Origin: Basidiobolus meristosporus CBS 931.73 | Taxonomy: Eukaryota; Fungi; Basidiobolomycota | NCBI GenBank assembly: GCA_002104905.1 | Contig: MCFE01000041.1 | Location: forward strand, 62,001 to 126,000 | Reading direction: 5' to 3' | DNA: 64,000 nucleotides | Shown: positions 12,329 through 26,600 of the stretch, one piece after another | Layout: each line of letters begins with the position of its first letter | Position numbering within the stretch: position 1 is the first letter of the stretch | Made by a program: the position numbers and the translations under genes | Notes under the pieces: generated by a model | Told to the model about the DNA's origin: nothing | What the model saw: the letters and a program-made list of their open reading frames with translations, nothing else | The model's database searches: none

Positions 12329-15300
12329 GCGTCAAATGATCAAAGATCAGCTAATTTCTGGAGTGAAAATTGATCCCCCAGCTAATTTGGAGCACTGTGA
12401 AGCCTGCACATATGGGAAACAAGCCAGACAACTGTTCAAGAGCTCTGGGTTAATCAAAACTAAGAAAAAATTAGATCTAATTCACTCAGATCTGTGTGGA
12501 CCTATGCAAAATTTATTCTTAGGTGGGATGAAGTATTTAGTCACTTTTATTGATGATTACACAAGATACACATAGGTCTACTTCATGGAGAGAAAGGAAG
12601 GAGCTCTGTCTAAGCTCAGGGAGTTTAAAGCTATGGTGGAGAGAGAAACTGGTGAAAAAATCAAGAAAATACGCTCTGGCAATGGTGGAGAATATACCTC
12701 AAAACTCTTCATTCACTTCTGCAAAATTCATGGGATAAAGCAAGAGGCTACTGTACCATACTCCCTACAGCAAAATGGAGTAGCAGAACGTGCTAACAGA
12801 TTAATAATTGATATGGCAAGATCTATGATCCATGATCAAAAATTATCCTATGATTTTTGGGCAGAATCAGTTGCCACAGCTGAATACCTTGAAATAGGAG
12901 TTATTACAGAATACTTTGTGATTCTACTCCATTTGAAGCATGGTATGGATACAGACCAAGTGCAGAACATCTAAGAATATTTGGGTGTACAGCATATGCC
13001 AAAAAACTGGCCGGAAATCAGTCAAAATTTGAGCCAAAAAGTGTAAAATGCATATCTTTGGGCTACTGCATTGAGAGTAAGGCATACAGACTCTACAATA
13101 CCAAAGTAAAGAAGCTGACCAAGTCCATGGATGCATTGTTTGATGAAAATTCAAAATTTTCACAAAAAATGACATCAAATGATGACAAAATTTAATCTCA
13201 AGTCTACCAATAGTTAGGACTCAATCAGAGCAAAACAATGAAGATTTTTAACTCCAGAGGACTCTACAACCATGGTTCTGCCAGAATCAGTGCCCAGGAA
13301 TATACCAGAAGTGATCATTCCAGTATCAAATGCCCAGAGATCCAATCAGACAAAAAATAGCCCAAATTACTATATCAATGAGGGTACAAACATAGTCTAT
13401 GCCTATTCAGTCCATATTGATGAACCCCAGACTGTAAAAGAGGCCCTAAATAGCCCTCAGACAAAGTTTTGGAGATCTGCAATGACTGAGGAATATCAGG
13501 CCCTGATGGAAAATCAAACTTGGGACTTAGTCAAATTACCAATCAACCAAAGATCAATTGGATGCAGATGGGTCTTCAAGACAAAATACAAGGCTGATGG
13601 TACAATTGAAAGATACAAAGCAAGACTTGTAGCCAAAGGATACTCTCAAACAAAAGGACTTGAATATACTGAGACCTCTGCACTGGTAGCCAAGTCTAAT
13701 TCCATTAGATTAATATTGGCTATTGCAGCCAAATAAAAGTTTTTTATTCATCAAATGGATGTAAAAACTGCATTTTTGAATGGAGAACTTGATGACAACA
13801 TGTACATGGACCAGCCTGATGGGTTTGCTGACCAAGATAGCCCCCATTTGGTCTGCAAGCTTAAAAAGTCACTATATGATCTCAAACAATCACCAAGAGC
13901 CTGAAATTGCAAGATAGATTCTTATTTGGAATCTTTGAGTTCCAAAAGGAGTAATGCTGACCATAGTATATACTATAAGCCAGATAGAGCAAATCTGGTT
14001 CTATTAGCTCTAAATGTGGATGATCTTATTATAGCCACCAATAATCTAGAAACATTGGAAGAGACTAAATCCAGCCTATCTAAGGAGTTCAAGATGTCCA
14101 ATCTAGGAGAACTTAATTACTACTTAGGGACTAAGTTCTCCATAGACAGAAGTACCCAGACTATCACCCCAAGCCAATCCAAGTATATTCAAGATATACT
14201 AAAGAAGTACCAAATGGAAGACTCTAAACCAGCACTTACCCCAATGGAAACAAACCTTAACTTGGTCAAAACTCAACCAAATCAAGAGAGCTTGGTGCCA
14301 TCTGAAAGCCCTGACTTTCCTTATCAATCTATGATTGGCAGCCTGATGTATGTCATGCTTGAAACATGTCCAGATATCTAGTATTCAGTGGGAGCTGTCA
14401 GCCAGCAAAATCAGAACTATGAATCTGATCATATTGCAGCAGTTAGGTGGATATTGAGATACCTAAAAGGAACTGCTGATATCTGCTTAAGATACACTAA
14501 TAAGGATTCAGAACTGGATCTTGTGGGATACTCTGATGCTGATTGAGGACAAAATTTGGAAGACAGAAGATCCACCACAGGATACACCTTTCTTTACTGT
14601 AAAGGAGCAATTTCACAGAATTCAAGAAAGCAACCAACCGTAGCACTTTCCACCACAGAGGCAGAGTATATGGCAGCCTGTGAGGCTACAAAAGAAGCAA
14701 TGTGGTTAAGAAAACTTTTTACACATTTAGGCCTATGTCAAAAAACACCTATTACTTTATTTCAAGATAATCATGGATGTACAAAATTAGGTAGAAATCC
14801 AACTTTTCATGCTAGAAACAAGCACATAGATAGTAGACATCATTTCATACATGAAGCTATAGAGAGTAACCTAGTTAGCTTAATTTACTGTCCTACAGAT
14901 GAAATGATTGCATACATATTTGCCAAACCATTTGATAGAGACAAGCTTAAATATCTTAGGTCAAAATTAGAACTAGTCAGTATGAACATTTAGCTGAGTG
15001 GGAGTGTTGTAAAAATTTGTATTTCCACCTAAATATTCACCTAACTTAGTCACTTAGATCATTACCTTCAAATCCTTGAGAATACTGACCAAATTCCTTG
15101 TTGGGATTTACTTAGAAAATTTAACCAAAATACCAGGTACCCAGAACATGAAAATTCTCAAAGTTGTCCAAACAGCCCCAAACTTTGCACACATGTTCTT
15201 GGGACCTTCCTTAACCTATTCTATGTGATTGTAATGCCAAGACCAGGTAAAAGTATAAATACTACTTTTACATTCAATAAATCATTAAGTGAAAACCTCA

Positions 15301-18300
15301 TAATCTACTTGTTCTCCCAATCACTTCCAATATCTCCAAGACACTTACAACAAGGACACACATCAGACCAGTGTCTCTAAAAGAGAGATAATCAGCAAAA
15401 GAAGCCTGAATATGGAAATGCTGCAACAACTGAAGATAGGCTATTCATATCTGCACTAAATATGGCCACAAACAAGGACTCACAGAGGGGGTAGATTGGC
15501 TCTGGAGCATCTCAACACTTTACACACCAACAAGAGCTTTTTACCCAATATCAAAAAATTTCAATTAAGAAGGTTTTCAATGGTGACAATGGAACACTTG
15601 ATGCAATGGGAAATGAAACTATCCAAGTAAACCTTAGATGCAGTGAAGGAAGCCATACATTGACTTTTAAAGCAGTACTCTATGTACCAGAAATAGCCAA
15701 AAACCTACTATCTGTAAGTAAGGCCACAGCAGAAGGACTCAGTTTTAGCTTTACAATTCTGGATGCAGGATCACTGATCAAAGTGTTGCCCTTATTGCTT
15801 TGGGTATCAGAGATCAAGATCTATGCAAGTTGACTTATATTCCATCATACCTGGTAGCCAATATAAGTAACTTAAATGAAAAAACACCAATGCTTTGGCA
15901 CAGGAGATTTGGACTGATCAATTTTGAGTATTTGCACAAAATGATAAAAAATCAGCTAATTTCTGAAGTAAAAATTGCTCTCCTAGCTAATTTAGCACTG
16001 CAAAGCCTGCACATATGGGAAACAAGCCAGACAACTGCTCAGGAGCTCTGAGTTAATCAAAACTAAGAAAAAATTAGATCTAATTCACTCAGATCTATAT
16101 GGACCTATGCAAAATTTATCATTAGGTGAGATGAAGTATTTAATCACTTTTATTGATGATTACACAGGATACACATGGGTTTACTTCATGGAGAGAAAGG
16201 AAGAAGCTCTGTCTAAGCTCAGGGAGCTTAAAGCCATGGTGGAGAGAGAAACTGCTGAAAAAATCTGGAAAATACGCTCTGACAATAGTGGAGATTATAC
16301 CTCAAAACTCTTCATGCACTTCTGCAAAATTCATGGGATAAAGCAAGAGACTACTGTACCTTACTCCCCACAGCAAGATGGAGTAGCAGAATGTGCTAAC
16401 AGATCAGTAATTGATATGGCAAGATCTATGACTCATTATCAAAAAATATCCTATGACTTTTGAGCGGAATTAGTTGACACTGCTGTATACCTTGAAAAAT
16501 AGGAGTTATAACAGAATACTTTGTGATTCCACTCCATTTGTAGCATGGTATGGGTACAGACCAAGTTTAGAACATCTAAGAATATTTGTGTGTACAGTAT
16601 ATGCCTAGAAACTGCCCAGAAATCAGTCAAAATTTGAACCAAAAAGTGTAAAATGCATATTTTTGGGCTACTGCATCAAGAGTAAGACATACAGACTCTA
16701 CAATCCTAAAGCAAAGAAGCTGTTCAAGTCCATGGATGTGTTATCTGATGAAAATCCAAAATTCTCACAATAATTGACATCAGATGATGACAAAAATTTG
16801 ATCTCAAGTCCACCAATTGTTAGGATTGAATCAGAGTAAAACAATGAATATTTTTTCACTCCAGAGGACTGTACAACTGTGGTCCAGCAAGAATCAATGC
16901 CTAGTAATATCCCAGAAGTGATCATTCCAGTATTAAATGCCAGGAGATCCAACTGGACAAGAAATAGCCCAAATTACTATATCAATGAGTGTACAAACCT
17001 AGCCTAAGCCTATTCAGTTTATATTAGCAAGCCTCAGACTGTAAAAGAGGCCCAAAATAGCCCTCAGATGAAGTTTTAGAGATCTGCAATGACTGAGAAA
17101 TATCTGGCCCTGATGGAAAATCAAACCTGGGACTTATTCAAATTACCAATCTACCAATAATCAATTGGATGCAAGTGGGTCTTTAAGAAAAAATACAAGA
17201 CTTATGGTTCAATTGAAAGATACAAAGCAAGACTTGTGGCCAAAGGATACTCTCAAACAAATGGACTTGACTATACTGAGATCTTTGCACCAGTAGCCAA
17301 GTTTAATTCCATCAGATTGATACTGGCTATTGCAGCCAAATAGAAGTTTTTTATATATCAAATGGATGTACAAACTGCATTTGTGAATGAAGAACTTGAT
17401 GAGGATATGTATATAGACCAGCCTGATGGACTTGCTGACAAAGATAACCCCCATTTGGTCTGCAAGCTTAGGAATTTCTATATGGTCTCAAACAATTACC
17501 AAGATTCTGGAATTGCAAGATAGATTCTTATTTGGAGACTTTGAGTTTCAAAAGGAGTGATGCTGACTATAGTATATACTATAAACCAGATAGAGCAAAT
17601 CCTGTTCTATTAGCTCTATATGTAGATGATCTTATTATAGCCACTAATAACCTAGAAACATTGGAAGAGACTAAATCCAGGCTATCTAAGGAGTTCAAAA
17701 TATCCAATCTAGGAGAACTTGGTTACTACTTAGGGATTAGATTCTCCATAGACAGAAGTACCCAGACTGTCACCCTAAGCCAGTCCAAGTATATTTAAGA
17801 AATACTAAAGAAGTACCAAATGGAAGACTGTAAACTGGCAGCTACCCCAATGGAAACAATCCTTAACTTGGTGAAAACTCAACCATATCAAGAGAGCTTG
17901 GTGCCATCTGAAATCCCTGACTTTCCTTACTAAGCAATGGGTGGCAGTCTGATGTATCTCATGCTTAGTACATGTCCAGATATCTCATATTCAGTGGGAG
18001 TTGTCAGCCAACATAATCAGAACCATGTATCTAATCATATTGCAGCAGTTAAGAGGATTTTTAGATACCTAAAAGGAACTGCTGATATCTGCTTAAAATA
18101 CACTTATCAGGATTCAGAACAGGATCTTGTGAGATACTCTGATGCTGACTGGGGACAAAATTTGGAAGACAGAAGATCCACCCCAGGATACATCTTTTTT
18201 TACTGTAAAGGAGCCATTTTATGGAATTCACGAAAGCAACCAATTGTAGCACTTTCTACCACAGAGGCTGAGTATATGGCAGCCTGTGAGGCTACAAAAG

Positions 18301-18909
18301 AAGCAATGTGGTTAAGAAAACTTTTTACAGATTTAGGCCTATGTCAAAAAATGCCTATGACCCTATTTGAAGATAATCAAGGATGTATACAACTAGGTAG
18401 AAATCCAACTTTTCATGCTAGAACTAAACACATAGATATTAGACATCATTTCATATGTGAAGCTATAGAGAATAACACAGTGAGTTTAGTTTACTGTTCT
18501 TCAGACAAATTGATTATAGACGTATCTACCAAACCATTAGCTAGAGACAAGTTTGAATATCTTGGGTCAAAATTAGGACCAGTCAGTATGAACATTAGCT
18601 GAGTGGGTGTGTTGTAAGGATTTATAATTCCACCTAAATATTCACCCAACTTAGTCACTTAGATCACTACCTTCAAATCTTAGAGACTCCTACCAGATTC
18701 CTTGCTGGGATTTACTTAGAATATCCCTATCAATGACAATTTGGACCCACAGGTGGATCCAATCTGGATCAGACATCAAGATCCTGTTTAGAAGCTTTTA
18801 TAATATCAGCAGCTTGGAATCAATGACCCTCCTAACAATCTTATGACAAGATCATGACGGTGTTTTGCTAATTTTACAGCCAAATAAAGGGATAAAACCT
18901 GATGATATT

Positions 18910-19643
18910 AGACTTGTTCTGTTGGATAGTGCCACATTGAGTCATGAGTGCCAAATAGTGCTGTTGCATGCTGGAGAGGCATAGCAGACCTAAACTTGGC
19001 CACAGAGTGTGAAACATAACTCTGTATCTTCATGCAAAGCAACTCTTGTGTTTCACCCATTGTGTTGGAGAAAATCAAATTCTTGACCTTTTTTTTTGGA
19101 TCAATGTTGTGCATAATGTGTAAGAGCACAGAAGAAATGAAGAAATGCACCTGGTACTCAATACACATGGCACTCCAAATCTAGCTCCTATAGCTTGTAT
19201 CATGTCACAAAAATGAATGGCACTATCTTGGTCCACTGGTACTACCTGGCACTATATATAAATATTAGCCCTAAAGTAAGACCTATACAAAGCACTTATA
19301 GTGCCAGATGGTACCAGTGGACCAAGATAGTGCCATTCATTTTTGTGACATGATACAAGCTATAGGAGCTAGATTCGGAGTGCCATGGGTATTGAGTACC
19401 AGGTGCATTTCTTCATTTCTTCTGTGCTCTTACACATTATGCACAACATTGATCCAAAAAAAAAGGTCAAAAATTGGATCTTCTCCAACACAATGGGTGA
19501 AACACAGGGGCTGCTTTGCATGAAGATGCAGAGCTTTGTTTCACACTCTGTGGCCAAGTATAGGCTCACTTGACCTCCCTGGCCCACTATGGTATCAATT
19601 GGCATTCAGGGCTCAACATGACACTATCCAACATAACAAGCCT
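18910..19643. mobile_element. Non-autonomous Harbinger-like MITE with long internal foldback
   Basis: ~25-bp TIRs agacttgttctgttggatagtgcca / tgacactatccaacataacaagcct and 3-bp TSD ATT. Internal inverted arms at ~18988-19256 and ~19297-19564. Confidence 0.85.
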
Positions 19644-19824
19644 ATTTTATTTGTGCTGTAACAATATTTGCATGGTATTGTTGCGGTCTTTCAGTGCTCT
19701 ATCACTATTTCAAGTAAATCCAGTTGGCCAGGACATCCAATTGCCTTATATGGCAAGAAACTTGACGGTATTTTGATGGCCTCACAGCAAAACTCTGATG
19801 GTATTACATTGGCAGTATGACAGC

Positions 19825-22631
19825 CTACCGCTGGTTCTGTATAATGCTACTGTACCAATTTACCAAATGGTATTTCCTTTTTCTACCTCCCCTTGTGCAA
19901 TTCATATATTCCACTGTAGAATTACCTTTCTTTATTTGCTTACCCACTACTACCTTGGGTATTCCACATATAGTTCAAATCAAAAAAAAACTATGGCCTC
20001 CTGCTTACCAACCTCTACAAACACACACACCTGCCACAATTGACATACTTCTAGCACCTCAACTTTACAGCTTTTTAGTGTGATACTTGCACAGTTGCCA
20101 TATACCTTGTACTGCTGGTAACATATACATCTTGCAAACATATGCTTGGTTGTTGCCACTTCTGCCACAAATACCTCCTGATTATCGGCAAAGAACTTCT
20201 TGCTATTCAGCCAATATATTTCTTCTCCTTGCTGGATTCTAGTCCCCATTATAGGTGCGCTCTGGCTTTTATTTGTATGAATTCCATATTTATTGGTGTA
20301 GAAGTTAGCTTGTGACCACAATAAATCCGGCATATCTTGGTGGAGCTTTCCTGATAAAAATTAGTTGCTTGCTGCACCCAACTCAACTTTGCACTACTTA
20401 ACTGATTACCCACACATTAGGGCTGCTTAGCTTCTTAATGCCATAGGTGTAGGTGTCTCAATGTGCACATTTGTCCACAGTTTTTTCTAACTCTTTCTGG
20501 CTGTACTCCATGTGCCAACTTATCACATCCATGAGGGACTTGAAGGTGATATTCTTGATGAGATTGGGATATGGTGGTACCTGCAACTTGACTTGTCTTC
20601 CTATCTCCCCCCATATCTGCCCCATAGGAAACTCCTAAAAGGTGAAGCAAGGCCAGATATTCTCTACACACTGTGCAAGATGGAGTAGAGAATGGATACA
20701 GTAGCAGCAGAGATCTACGTGTTCAGCTTTAAGTTTGTAGTATAGCCGCTCAAATCCCACTACAAACTCTTCACACAACAGCTGTAGATGCATCAAGTTG
20801 GCATTGGTGATCTGCTTCTTGATAAATATTCTTACAATGTCCACATATGACTTGCAATGCTTCCAATATACTCTTGGTAGGAATGGATTCAGAACACCAC
20901 TTAAATAAATAAATATCCAGTTCATCCAGTCTTTGCATATGTATTGTTGGATATGCATATGAATATTAATTGGAGCCTGTGAGAAGCACTTAGGGTAGCA
21001 GATACTCAGTAATATCTTGCCAATTCTTTCAAATTTCTCCAGTGTCTCAAAGGGCTCATTTAGCGTGAAATGCCCCATGTACAACTTGGTCATCAGTGAA
21101 GGGATATTTTTGAAAAGCAAATGCATTGCTCCCAGTGGAAAGCTTTTGCTCCAACAGATACCCTCTATCATAAGTATCTCCAGTTTCTGACTGAATCCAT
21201 ATTATGGCCAATGGCCTATAGCTTGCCAACTTTGCTGCAATTGCATGCTTACTTCTGTATGTCCTCTCTGTGGAAAGATGTTGTTCTTAGTGCTGTTGTT
21301 TGGGTAATAATAATGTGTGTGAGTTATAGAGTAAATCCCCTGGATCTCACACATTTGACAGCAATACCATCCATTATGCCCGGAAAAGCCTGCTATATTG
21401 CTGATGGCTGGGGTATCTCCAATGCAGATAATAATTTGGGCTTTTACATGATGGCCATTTACCATTATCCTGCTGGAAAGCATACAAAATTCATCCAGCA
21501 ATGGATACAGGTAGCTATCCAGGTTGGACAGTGATTTAGGCCCAGATACCAGTGAGACTAGCATCAGATTATTGCTCTGATAATGTAAGATGGGTGGCAG
21601 ATTCATATTGATGAGAATCAGTGGCCAGCAGGATTTGCTGGTAGAGTACTTGTTTAATGAGAATCCGTCCAGTGCTAAAGCAAAGGCATGGTCATACATA
21701 CCTTCAAAGTAGCCCTTACTTCTTAGCTGTCTGTAATGTTTGCCCTCAATTATATTGGATATGTTTGCACTTGATTGATACTGAGTGCAGTACTCTATAG
21801 CTTTGCAATATTTGTCAGACTGCATCAGCTTCCTCAGATGGGTTATGACCGGAATATATCCAGAGTGTGAACAATGTTTTCCCTCAATGGTGATGGATTC
21901 CTGACAATTTGGACACGTTGCAATGGTAGCATTTTTGGATGTGAATGCCATGCAACTGTTAACACAAGCTGAAATCAGGACAGTCTCTGGATCATATGTT
22001 GCCAGCCACATGATAGTTGTCCACTTGTACTATGTACATGGTAAGTTGAATCCCGGGATGATTTTGGTAAGAAGTAGTAGTAAATCTTCAAAGCCCCCAT
22101 TACTGATATTAGTGGAAACACGCCACTTCTCTATCCACAACATTACATCATTCACCAGTAGATGGATTACTGGGCTCACATGGTCCATAAAGTATCCTTG
22201 GCATTTGTTTTAACAGGTGTTGTCTCATTGAATATAGGGATTTGACCAGGCTCATACATGGTACTGTTGTTAGGGGAGATAGGCTCAAAATCCATCAGTG
22301 AACCTACTTTGTCAGAGCTATCACTCTGCATGCCATATTCAGAAGGCTGAGGTGAGCCTAAAGGCATCACAAACTCATCTGACTCAGTTTGTGCAAGGTG
22401 ACAAAGATGGCCAGGTGCTAAAATAGAAGTATCAACTGGCTGGCAGGATAATGTTGGTACAGTAGTGACCAATGAATGGTCAAACATGACTTGGGTGGCA
22501 ACACACTGGCCATGATCCTTGTAATACTTCCTATGCTGTCTGCATGCTTCATGGCTGAGAGGCTTGCCACAATAGTCACATGGTCTTTTTTATCTTCTCT
22601 TATGGCATTGAGTCAAAGTAGTCTTGTCCAT
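19825..22631 (-). pseudogene. Transposase_21/TnpD-like transposase of C1, broken by stops and frameshifts
   Basis: ORF pieces FALALDGFSLNKYSTSKSCWPLILINMNLPP...GPKSLSNLDSYLYPLLDEF, CIGDTPAISNIAGFSGHNG, GAMHLLFKNI and IHSLLHLAQCVENIWPCFTF. Confidence 0.85.
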
Positions 22632-23648
22632 GGGGCAAACAGTTTAACCTTCAAGAACGTAACACTATTATATCACTTTTTGGTCAATACTCATGTAAAC
22701 TTAAGACAGTCTTGTATTTGAGACATTGCACCTACATGAATGTAAGATTCAATGATGACCCACCATAGTAAGCTTTATAAATAAAGTTGTGGCACCACAC
22801 ACACACATACATGTAACACTATTTCCCCTTTGGTTTGACTCACTTCCATATACATGCTGCCAAAAAATCTAGCAAAGTTGTCTGGTTCTCAACCAGACCC
22901 TACCACTGACGGCAACAGATGAACAGTTGGACAACAGCTTGCTTTGACATTCAGTGCAACAAGTGGGGATACATCCAAAAAAGGCCCTGTGGACAGTGTA
23001 CCCATTGAAGGTAATAATGCGGACTCCTCAGGCTCTCAGTCAAGTAGGCAATTGAGAACTCTGCAGAGCCACTAGCTGACCGTAACTCTCAGGCAGAGGA
23101 GAATGTAGCAAATGAAGTACCCTTGGTTGAAGATCAGCAAGTGGCCATGATAACATCACCACCACCCATATTAGCAAGTATGTTGTCAGCTCATACCAAA
23201 ACATTAATGAAGCAACTAGGTGCAGTGGTTGATAGGATAGATGCAATGGCCCAGAGAAATCAGGAAATAGTCCAGAAACAGGATGAGCAGATATTACATG
23301 TAGAGCAAGCAATATCCCAGGTAGAGAAAGCAGTGTCTTTGCTGCAAAGAAGAAACTCAAGTAGCTCAATGTCACAGCCAAGAATTGAGCCATTTCTCAA
23401 TGTAACAGCAGAGGAACACCATACAGTCTTTGAAGCACAATAAGAGTGCCCAAAGATAAAGCCCACAGAAAAACCTATCACAGCATTGGAGGGAGACAAT
23501 GTGGTGTTTATACCAAAGCCTATAAATCAAAAGACATTGAAGATCCATGAAGCCGTTGAGTGCAATAATGAAGAGTGGGCTAATATACAAGAGGCTGTTG
23601 GAAGTCTAGCATGCCATCACCTTAAGGCCGGCATACCATGGGACCATT

Positions 23649-26600
23649 TGTTATGGTCTGCCGCTTGAATGTTTAAGTTAGATCAGTTTTTAGTCAAATC
23701 AATTAGTATATGTTTAGGTTATTAGTATATCAGCATTATCTATCAAATCAGTAGCATTAGTCAGCAAATGAATCAGCAGATCCTTATCAGACAGGAATAG
23801 ATATATTAAGTAGGATCTTATTGGGTGATGATGATGCAATTAAATGAGTCATCAGCCACAACCTACATTAGGAAATACAATTAGTCAGCAATTGATCTGG
23901 CAAAATGTATATAAGGAGCTGCTGGAACTTCAATAAAAATCAGTTCAAGTTTTAGTGAATACAATACTAGCTAAACTCCCTATTCCTCTACAACTCTTAT
24001 ACCAAGACTTGTAACATTGGTAGCAGCAATAACCAGAAACCTCCCTCCTGAAGAAAGAAGAAACCACCCTCAAGATGTTGGACAATCAAGAATGGAAGAA
24101 TGCCATGCAGCAAATCCTGGCCCAACAGCAACAGTTACTCCAGATCCTCAGCCAACAGCAACAAGGAATGACTACCATGGCTCAGAGCCAGCAAAGCCCT
24201 GTCAAGAGCAACTTTAGTGTGAAGGTCAACCGGTACCATGGCAGAGTGAATGAAAACCTGGGAACTTGGCTCTTTCAGATTGAAGAAGCTTTTAAAGCTA
24301 AAGGAATTGCTCCAGAAAGCAAGTTGCATTATGCTTCTTCTTACCTGGCAGATGCAGCCTTACAGTAGTACCACAACAAGATCAGGTCAGCCACTATGAT
24401 GGGATGCTCTACAATATCTACCTGGGATGAGTTTGTGTTGGAAATTCAGGATGCTTTTGAACCTCCACACCAGCAGACACTACCAAGAAGGAAGTTAAAG
24501 ACACTCAGACAGAAATGAATGGTTCAAGAATACATCTATGAGTACAGATGTCTACTTGGACCAATTGAAAGTATGGACCCCCTGGATCAAGTTGAATACT
24601 TTATTGATGAGTTGAAAGAAAGAACTTGCAAGGAAGTGAATTATAGAAGACCTCAGACTATTGAAGAAGCCATTAAGATTGCCATTGACTATGACTCAGC
24701 TATGTTTGGAGTTGGGAAGCCTACAGTGACTAATCAGAAAGGCTACAATCATTATGAAAGAAGACAGCCAGAAGCAGTACCAATGGAAATAGATGCTATG
24801 CAGAAGAACCCCACCTCAAAAGAATGCAGGAAGAAAGGACTTTGCTTCAATTGCCACCAGCAAGGACACATCTCAAAGCACTGCCCCCAAAGAAGAAATG
24901 GACATCAGCCAACAAGAACCTTCAACCATATTGAGTCCCATGAACACAGTAATGTGGAGGATGAGCTTGAAGAAGACTCAGAACTCACCTTCCATATGAC
25001 AGAAGAGTACTTGTCCCAAATGACCTCAAACTCAGGGAAGTTATTGTACTTAAATGGAGTAATGAATGGAGTATCTGCCAAGATCATGATTGACTCAGGA
25101 GCATTGCATGAGTACATGTCAGAGCAATTTGCCTTGAAAGCTGGTCTCAACTCTGAACCTACTAAATCAACTTTGGTCTCCACAGCTGATGGGCACTCTC
25201 ACATAATCAACCGTATTACCCAGCCAGTAAGAATGAAGATCAATGACTATGAAGAAGACCTACAGGCTTATATATTTGGGAACTGCAAGTTTGACCTTGT
25301 ACTTGGAAAAAACTGGCTATTTTGTTGTAATCCATCAATCAACTGGAGAACCCATGCTGCTCAGATCCAAAAGGACAACAAGACCTATGAGCTATTACCT
25401 GCCAGGCTGGACTTCAACTTGGTCAATTCCAGTGTGTGTGAGACAAGTGAACTTAGCCAGACCCAGTTCTGTAGAGCACTTAGAAAAGGTACTCAGATGC
25501 TCCTCATGGCAGTATTACAGGAGGATTCCTCTACCCCAGTACCCCAGCAGGTCCAGATTCTCTTGAAGAAATATTCAGACATGTTTCCAGATGAGCTTGT
25601 AAGCCTATCACCAGTCAGAGACATGGATCATGCCATTGACACAGGAGATAGCCCTCCAGTAAGCAAGACACCTTACAGAATGAGTCCATTGGAATTGGAG
25701 GAAATGAAGAGATAAATTGATCAGCTATTGGAGCAAGGATACATCAGGACCAGCAAGTCACCCTGGGGAGCACCAGTGCTTTTTGTGAAAAAGAAGGATG
25801 GAACACTTAGGATGTGCATTGACTACAGAGCCCTGAACTCAGTTACCATCAAGAATAAGTACCCCATGCCTTGGATTGATGAGCTTTTGGACCAACTTAA
25901 TGGAGCCACTATTTTCAGCAAGATAGACCTCATGTCAGGATACAACCAGATTAGGGTGAAACCAGACAATATCCCTAAGACAGCATTCAGGACCAGATAT
26001 GGACATTACAAGTACTTAGTCATGAGTTTTGGCCTCACTAATGCCCCTGCAACATTCATGATGCTGATGCAGACTGTCTTTCAGGAGTACTTAGACAGGT
26101 TTGTGATAATCTACCTGGATGACATATTGATATACAGCACAACAGAAGAGGATCACGTTGTGCACATTGAAAAGGTCTTGAAGAAACTAAGAGAGAACAA
26201 GCTATATGGCAAGCTAGCCAAGTGTGAATTCTTCAAGGAGCACGTTGAATACCTGGGACACATAGTGACTAGTACAGGAGTAACCTTAGACACAAAGAAG
26301 GTGGAAGTAATCAAGAATTTGAAGCAGCCCCATAGCATATCAGAACACAGATCATTCCTTGGAATGGCTTCCTATTATCAGAGATTTGTCAAGTCTTTTG
26401 CAAGTATTGCAGCCCCTTTAACTGATATCCTCAAGAAAGACAACACCTACAAGTGAGACATAGCTTGTGAGACTGCCTTCCCAACGCTCAAGAATGAACT
26501 TGCTAAGCTGCCAAGCCTAAGAATACCAGACTTCAGAAAAGAGTTCACTCTGTGCACAGATGCTTCAGATTATGCAATTGGTGGAGTGCTGAGCCAAGAA

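Larger units (their letters stand above)
4915..15352 (+). mobile_element. Copia element B, degenerate, inserted in gag of A
   Basis: LTRs 4915-5263 and 15005-15352 share diagnostic variants (gtatttcc, cattacctt). TSD AGGAC at 4910-4914 and 15353-15357. The host zinc-knuckle sequence aaaaggaa-AGGAC-acacatcag is restored on removal. Confidence 0.9.

Noticed and set aside
3839-18724. Tandem Copia array or collapsed-assembly artefact
   Set aside because: Distinct matched TSDs and graded LTR divergence show genuine nested insertions.
19798-20083. Recurrent small ORFs such as MVLHWQYDSLPLVLY... (also 39599, 52783, 55876)
   Set aside because: They are antisense to the last exon of the CACTA-like transposase and recur only because the element is repeated.
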